Shown here: piece after piece, positions 57,629-64,000 of the stretch | How positions within the stretch are numbered: position 1 is the first letter of the stretch | Layout: the number at the start of each line of letters is the position of its first letter | DNA from: Tubiluchus corallicola | Taxonomy: Eukaryota > Animalia > Priapulida | Direction: 5' to 3' | Length of the DNA stretch: 64,000 bases | NCBI GenBank assembly: GCA_030141605.1 | Contig: JAQGDQ010000139.1 | Coordinates: 186,001 to 250,000, forward strand | Notes under the pieces: generated by a model | Told to the model about the DNA's origin: nothing | The model's input: the letters and a program-made list of their open reading frames with translations, nothing else | The model's database searches: none | Translations under genes and position numbers: made by a program

Positions 57629-57770
57629 GCTATGTTTATTCTTATGTCAATTAATGTATCAGAAATTTTGTCCAAATATTTTTACAACTTTTGAACCTAT
57701 CAGATTTGGAACTAAGTCATTTTTCTTTGTTGCTTGATAATATATTATTTTTTACAGAGTAGATGATGAC

Positions 57771-59744
57771 ATGGCAGAGACTGGTCCTATGTTATTAGAC
57801 TCTGAAGACACTATAGCAAATTTGACAACTGCTAATGAAAACTGTGAAACTACTAATAAAGATCTTGCAGCTGCTAATGGCAAAACAAAAAAGATATGTA
57901 AAGTATGTGGAGATTGTGCCTTAGGATACAATTTTAATGCAATTACATGTGAATCATGTAAGGCATTTTTTCGCAGGAATGCACTGAAAGACCAGGTAAG
58001 TATGAGAAAAGACTTACTAAACTGCCTAAGTTACCTATAATTTGTTTAATTTAAAGCAAATCAGTATGACATTTCAGATCCTATCCCATTTTGAACTGTG
58101 ATGGAAATGTACCATTTGCCACCATTAATACATGCCAAAATGTTTCAGATAATTAAATATTACCTAGCTTAGAAACTTAATCAGTGGGTGCTGAGTGCAG
58201 CTAGTGATGATATCACTGTGAAGGTAATTTTTTAAAGCAGAAGCATTCCGTCAGTCTTTTATTTGCGGCTTTCTACAACGAGTTTTATACTATAGCTCTC
58301 TTGTCACTGACACTGCTTCTTGTTTTAATACGTCTGTTGTTTTATTTAGGATAAATTCAAATGTCCCTTCAATGGAAAGTGCAAAATAGATGTTGTCACA
58401 AGACGATTCTGTCAGAAGTGTCGACTTGATAAATGCTTCTCTCTTGGCATGAAGAAAGAATGGATAATGACAGATGATGACAAGAGAACCAAAAGACACC
58501 GGAGTGACAATATACGACATCGTAGGAAGCGATTTGCAGCCGATTCTCCTACTTTGCTTCATACTAACACTGGCGACATACCAACATCAGTTTCCACTTC
58601 AGAAAGTAGTAGTGATGTACAGTATGGGCCATTGAGCAATAGTGACTTATACACTTTCTCAGCTGTAGAAGTACCAAGCATTCAGTCTTTCTGTATGTCA
58701 CCACAGATTTCCAATATAACTTACTTAGATGAGCTCCACAATTCTCATTTAAGTATTGCTGATAAGATGCCCTGCAGTAATGAAGTGCCCTGCAGCTATA
58801 ACACCAAGAATATTAAAGTAGAGAGGACCTCCTCAGACTTTCCTGTTGATGGATATGTGATCACTTATGAACCCACTGGTAGTTATACGAACCTTGATAG
58901 CATACACATTCCTAGTAGCACTAGTTGTTTGTTGTCCCAAGAAGGACTGCAGTATAACTCTAATAACTCGACTTTGAAGTCATCAGACTTATCGTGTAAT
59001 AACATGTTGCCAAGTGTATCATCTGTGTTTTATCAGCCGGTTCATGACCCAGGTAAACCTGTGTTAGATGAATATGACTCTAGTCGCATTGAAGAACTTT
59101 TAGCAGCTAACCGGATTATGATTGCTCCACCGGATTCCGACTGGAAGATTGAGAATAATTCTCTGCTTGATGTGATAAATCTGACCAACAGTGCCGTGCG
59201 TCGCATGATCAAAATGGCCAAAAAAATGGGATGCTTTCGCAATTTGGGTGAAGATGACCAAGTTGCTTTACTTAAAGGTGGTTGCACTGAACTGATGATA
59301 CTACGGTCTGTGATGGCTTATGATTCAGAGAAAGAATGCTGGCCTGTACCAGATAACCCAATCAACCTAAATGTCCTTAAACAAGCTAAAGGTAATGTAT
59401 ATGAAGAGCATAAAAAATATATAAACTCTTATAAGCAGCATCTTCGTGAAGATGAAATTGTCATGCTCATTGTCACTGCTATCCGCCTTTTCTGTCCGAC
59501 TAGACCAAATTTAGTCAGCAAAAAAATTATAGCAAAAGAACAGAATTATTATCAGGGTTTGTTAAAACGTTACTTGGAAACAAAGTATACTTTGGACGAT
59601 GCTCAGAAATGGGTTGATCATTTGCTGCAGAAATTGACTGAATTGCACGAATTGAACGAAAATCATGTGCGAGTGTTTTTAGATGTAAATCCGAAAGATG
59701 TTGAACCATTGATAATCGAACTATTCGATTTAAAACCACGTTGA
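57771..59744 (+). CDS. HR96: Nuclear receptor of the NR1J group (HR96/DAF-12/NHR-8-like), about 539 aa; coding exons 57771-57995 and 58350-59744
   Basis: C4 zinc fingers [29 protein letters not shown]|..[36 protein letters not shown]; the ESCKA P-box is diagnostic of NR1J. LBD signature [37 protein letters not shown]; AF-2 PLIIELFD. Phase-0 intron with CAG|gtaagt and tttag|GAT. The N-terminus could extend from an upstream exon (acceptor at 57757, frame open). Confidence 0.92.
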
Positions 59745-61460
59745 TTAAAATCAGTTTTCACATTGAATTTAGTTTAAGCATTCCATTTTTTTAATATAAA
59801 AACTGAAAGTGTGGGTGTTTGTAATGCAAATTTGTCCAGAATCTTGCATAAGCCCATTTAAAACCACCATAAAATGAGCCAAATGTCAATTTTTTGTTTC
59901 TAGAAAGCAAGTGTATACTGCATATATTGAACTGTTTTATTCCAATGATACTTTTAAGTCCAGATTTCTATGTTTTACCTCAATTTTTGAAGCATCAAAA
60001 TAATAGTCTTTCTTCTAGCAACCAATCTTTCTCCCTGCTGCATTTTTGTAAAAAAACACTAGCAGACTATTTTTTAAGATTTTCTGTAGTCAATGGCAAT
60101 TTCAACTTCGATGCAGTTTAGAAATGACTCTGAACAATGAGCCTGTCAAACTATTAAACTGATTTTAGTGAAATGGAACTTAAAGAAATCAGAATAACGA
60201 AAAAACATTATATGTGGCTGTTGGACATATTTGCTTGCAATTGTAGGCATTCTTTTTACTTATGTAAACGAATCATTGTCCCCGTTTTGTCCACTATAAG
60301 TTGCAACTGAGAGAGATCATTTTATATTTTCATTCCCTTTTTTAAGGCAAAAATAATTTTTTATGAAGCAAGTGATATATGCAAGCAGAATTTGAGTGAA
60401 TATGAATTTGTATACAATGTTATGGTCATGTTTACATTTTATAACAGTGTGCTCTGTATTGGATGATCTAACATGGAAATTTTTCAGTGGAGTCTTGGCA
60501 AAATTGCTGCTGCTGTAGGTCAGAGTGGATTTTAGTTTTTCAGCCTATTAGTTTTACCTTGACTGTGAACTTTTCTGTTTGGCAATTTTAGCAGTTTGCA
60601 CATTTTAGCCTACTGTTTTTAATTTTAATTTTGCTTTGTAGATGTTTGTATTCTTAATTTTTTTGGATTCCATGTATCAAGCTTTGAAATTGTAACAAGA
60701 AGCCAAAGCTTTCTAATTTATTATATCTGTTTAAAAAATGGCATTTTGCCAACAGTTTGTTTATGTACTGTACATTTTGCTACGGTGTGGCCTGTTACCA
60801 CTAGCCATTAACTAGTCAAGGCTCTTTTATAATGCCATCTTTAAGATATAGTGTAAGTTGTGTAACGCGATAACTGAGAATGATTCTTAGTGCCAGGAAT
60901 TAGATCTATAATTAAAAATGCAACATTATAGAAATGAAAAAGTCCACGTTTCAGTACATCGCTATCTAGCTTTTAAAATTTAAGAATGTACAAAAATCGT
61001 TGAAAACTGATTTTTTGATTTTATGATAATGGACAACACCGAAGGAGCGCCAAATACACAACAAAGAAAAACACACAAAATCACTAAATATTATTACAAA
61101 TTAAACGTAAAATATACAAACTTAACATTTTTAATGGTCTTTTGTTGGTCTTCTTTTCACCTGAAAATAGACTGTGGTGGAGTGAAACATCATATTTTTC
61201 ACTTTTTGTCATATTTTTTTATTAAGATGTTGCTAAATATAGCATTAGCCAAATCGGTATGTGGTATCGTAAAATTCACCCAAAGTAGAAGTTGATTTGC
61301 TTTGGAACTTCTAGTTATCATTGTAACACTAATTTATAATAGTTTTCATATTTTATTGCTTTAAGATGCATTTTCTTGATATGCTGTCTGTGTGCAAAAT
61401 GTTTATGCCAATCATAGTTCAACAAAATGTAGAGAGTTCTAAACTTTCGTGGTTTGGTAA

Positions 61461-61881
61461 GGGGCCATCCACACATAACGATATCAAGTTTAGGGTAGGT
61501 AGGTGGCAAGAGACTTGATAACGCCATTATTAACCAAGATAGGTAGGTGGTGATTTAGTCATGATATTGTTATCTACTTTCACGCTATAGGGATCTGCAG
61601 AATGGGTCGATGGGAATGAATTCAGTGAAATGGGGCTGCTACTGCCGATGCCAGTAGAATCCACTGATTGTTTCCTGTTAATTAACACAAGTTATGTTGT
61701 TGCCTGTCCTTGGGAGGAGGAAGAATAAAATGTACAAAAAGCTACTTCGGTGTGATATCGATATCAAAATGAGGTGTAGGTAGGAAAGCAGGTAAGTAGG
61801 AGGGGCATATGATGACATAGCAAGATAGGCAAGTCCTTGAAATCGGTCGAAAACTTGATATCGTTACAGGTGGATGGCTCC
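61461..61881. mobile_element. PIF/Harbinger-type MITE
   Basis: TIR ggggccatccacacataacgatatcaagttt / aaacttgatatcgttacaggtggatggctcc; flanks TAA / TGA. Confidence 0.8.
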
Positions 61882-62548
61882 TGACCTGCAAACTGCTATC
61901 CACTATCCAATACGCTAGCTACATCGCCTATTCAGGGTATCTGAGCCCAGAGTTCTCCTTATTGAGGATAATTATAAGCTGAGGAAACCGAACCAAACAG
62001 CACGTCCTAGACACAAACTTATCTTTTTGAAATTCGTTTCTTAGCACTGGATATAAATTTATACTACTTGATAACTCAAGTTTAATCAGAGATGTCATAA
62101 AACTTATTTTTAATGATAGTAGATATGATTTAATGATATGTTGAGTATTGATTACTGTGAGTTATGCAATGAATTTATTTTTGCCTAGTCAGTGAATTTT
62201 CTATTTAATTTTGTCACCAGTTATTTTTGGCTTTCCTACGATAATTATCAGGAAGAATCGAATATGCAGGACATGCAAGCTCTATAGGGCAAATTGTTTG
62301 TGATAATCTGTGCCAAATATTGTATGTTTGTCATTTATTTTGATTACTATATCGAATTTTATTGGCTTATTATTTGTGATTGTGTTGATTTTTAATAAGA
62401 AAAGCTAATGTTGAATAAATCCACAATGTCGGTTTTTGATTATCAAGCAACCTTAATTTCAATACTCTAGCGTGAGTTAACTAACTCCTACAAAGATGAA
62501 ATAGGTTGGTCAGTATAAGAAATGAATTAGAATCTGTCATGATCTATG

Positions 62549-62625
62549 GGGCATGGTAGTCTAGCCGTTGTGATATTTGCCTTGTAAGTGAGAGGTTTCT
62601 GGTTCAAATATAAGCTATGTCTCAA
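62549..62625 (+). mobile_element. Degenerate tRNA-derived SINE head
   Basis: A-box-like tggtagtctagccg and B-box-like ggttcaaat at tRNA-like spacing. Confidence 0.4.
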
Positions 62626-64000
62626 CTTCCTTACATTTTCTTTCGAGTGAGTTTGGTTTCAAAATTCAACAATTTGGTATTGCATCATATCTTGATCAGT
62701 TGTAAATTTTGAAACAGAATATATAGAAAAGTGCACACAGAGCTATTAAGGACTGTAAGCAAGGTGGTAACATCTACATTAAGAAAAAGATAAAATGGAA
62801 AACTTAAAGCCTATTTAAATTCTTTTAGATTTTACAGCAAAATTATGCAGAATACTTATGCAAAATGTGGTATTTCATTGTGTATTCCATTTGGATGAAA
62901 AAATAAAAAATCTTATACCTCTTAGTAATTCTGCAGATTTAAATGCTTACAAATAAAAGTAAGATTAAAGTAGAAGTTAATATAAATAAGCCATGGCTAA
63001 TAAATCATTAAATTTTATTTTATCACAGTAACAATTTTCAGTTTTCTAGAACTTTCCAATAAAAAAGATTTTATTTGCTGCACAGAACAACACATTACAT
63101 TGAATTAAGAGCTGTGTGGACTCTTGTAGGGCATGACTGTGTTAAATAATTGGCAAGGACAGAAGCAGCTTATATAGTTTATATATATTAGCTTATACAG
63201 TATAAACTTTATGAAGAGGACATTTAACAGCCAATGCATATGAACAAGTCAGGTATCAAAGACAACAGAAAAGTTATAAGTAAAGAAACCAGAAAGAACG
63301 ACCTTAGAAACTGCATGATACTGCACTTTAGGCAAGAAAATGTGATCGAAGTAAAAAAATTAGAAAGCGAAACTGCAATGTCAATCAAAATAATACTTTG
63401 GATTTAAAAGAACTCTTGGTTCGTACATTGCGAGAATTGTGAAAATATAAAAAAAATTAGTCTGTAGTAATGGTTTGCTTTTTTTACTCCTGCAGCAATA
63501 AACTGAAACTGCGTCTTTTCAATTTCTTTATCGAGCGATTTCTTGTTAAATGAAAGTTACTTGTCAAATTTTGCTAAACGTCTGCTCAGATATTACATGT
63601 ACAACTAAATTAAAATATTTAAGTTTCTTCAAATCCCTGATTCTTTAACAGGGACAGCTTTCAAGCAGATCAGTACATAGCTGTTATGTTAACAACATGT
63701 GCAGTTTCAGTGGTGGTCTATCTAACAAGTGTAAATCTAAATTGTTAATATATTTTTTATCATTATGTCAATAAATGTGTGTGCTGCTCATATTAGCTAT
63801 TGCTTGCACAAATGTAATAGTTTGAGCCAGGCCTGCACATTCCTGCTCACGTATTTCATGTTTAGAGGGACGATAGACTAGATGACTTTTCACCATTCAG
63901 TCGCTCTTAGCTGTTACACCATTTGTATATTCACTGACCTCTACATGGTCTTTAGTAATTTGAAATTTGGCAATGTTAAAATTGTGTCTAAATTTTTTGT

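Overview
AT-rich, intron-rich animal genomic DNA. The two genes present point to a protostome invertebrate; the exact taxon cannot be called. (1) Bases 538-44938 (+) hold the 3' part of a large uninflatable (uif)-like gene. I traced 44 GT-AG exons by hand that join in one open frame (7,280 nt, about 2,425 aa). The domain order is sushi, FA58C, HYR, sushi, Cys-rich GCC2/GCC3 repeats, a long EGF array, LamG/pentraxin, HYR, sushi, an RIKR furin site, GCC repeats, EGFs, a TM helix and a Tyr-containing tail. The gene's 5' end lies upstream of the window. (2) Bases 57771-59744 (+) hold a two-coding-exon NR1J (HR96/DAF-12-type, ESCKA P-box) nuclear receptor. (3) Between the genes is a ~7.2 kb Mutator-like element with a spliced, truncated transposase. 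Both of its TIRs are interrupted: the left by a ~540 bp element, the right by a 5'-truncated RTE/RTEX-like LINE. (4) The introns and intergenic DNA carry many TEs: an exact head-to-tail Helitron dimer, hAT, Tc1/mariner, PIF/Harbinger and GG-terminal MITEs, a Penelope GIY-YIG remnant, tRNA-derived SINE heads and a perfect 45-bp-arm hairpin. There is weaker evidence for a spliced antisense transcript at 46.3-47.7 kb. All calls come from manual reading and recalled family knowledge; no searches were run. I found no clearly new biological system, only several structures worth checking.
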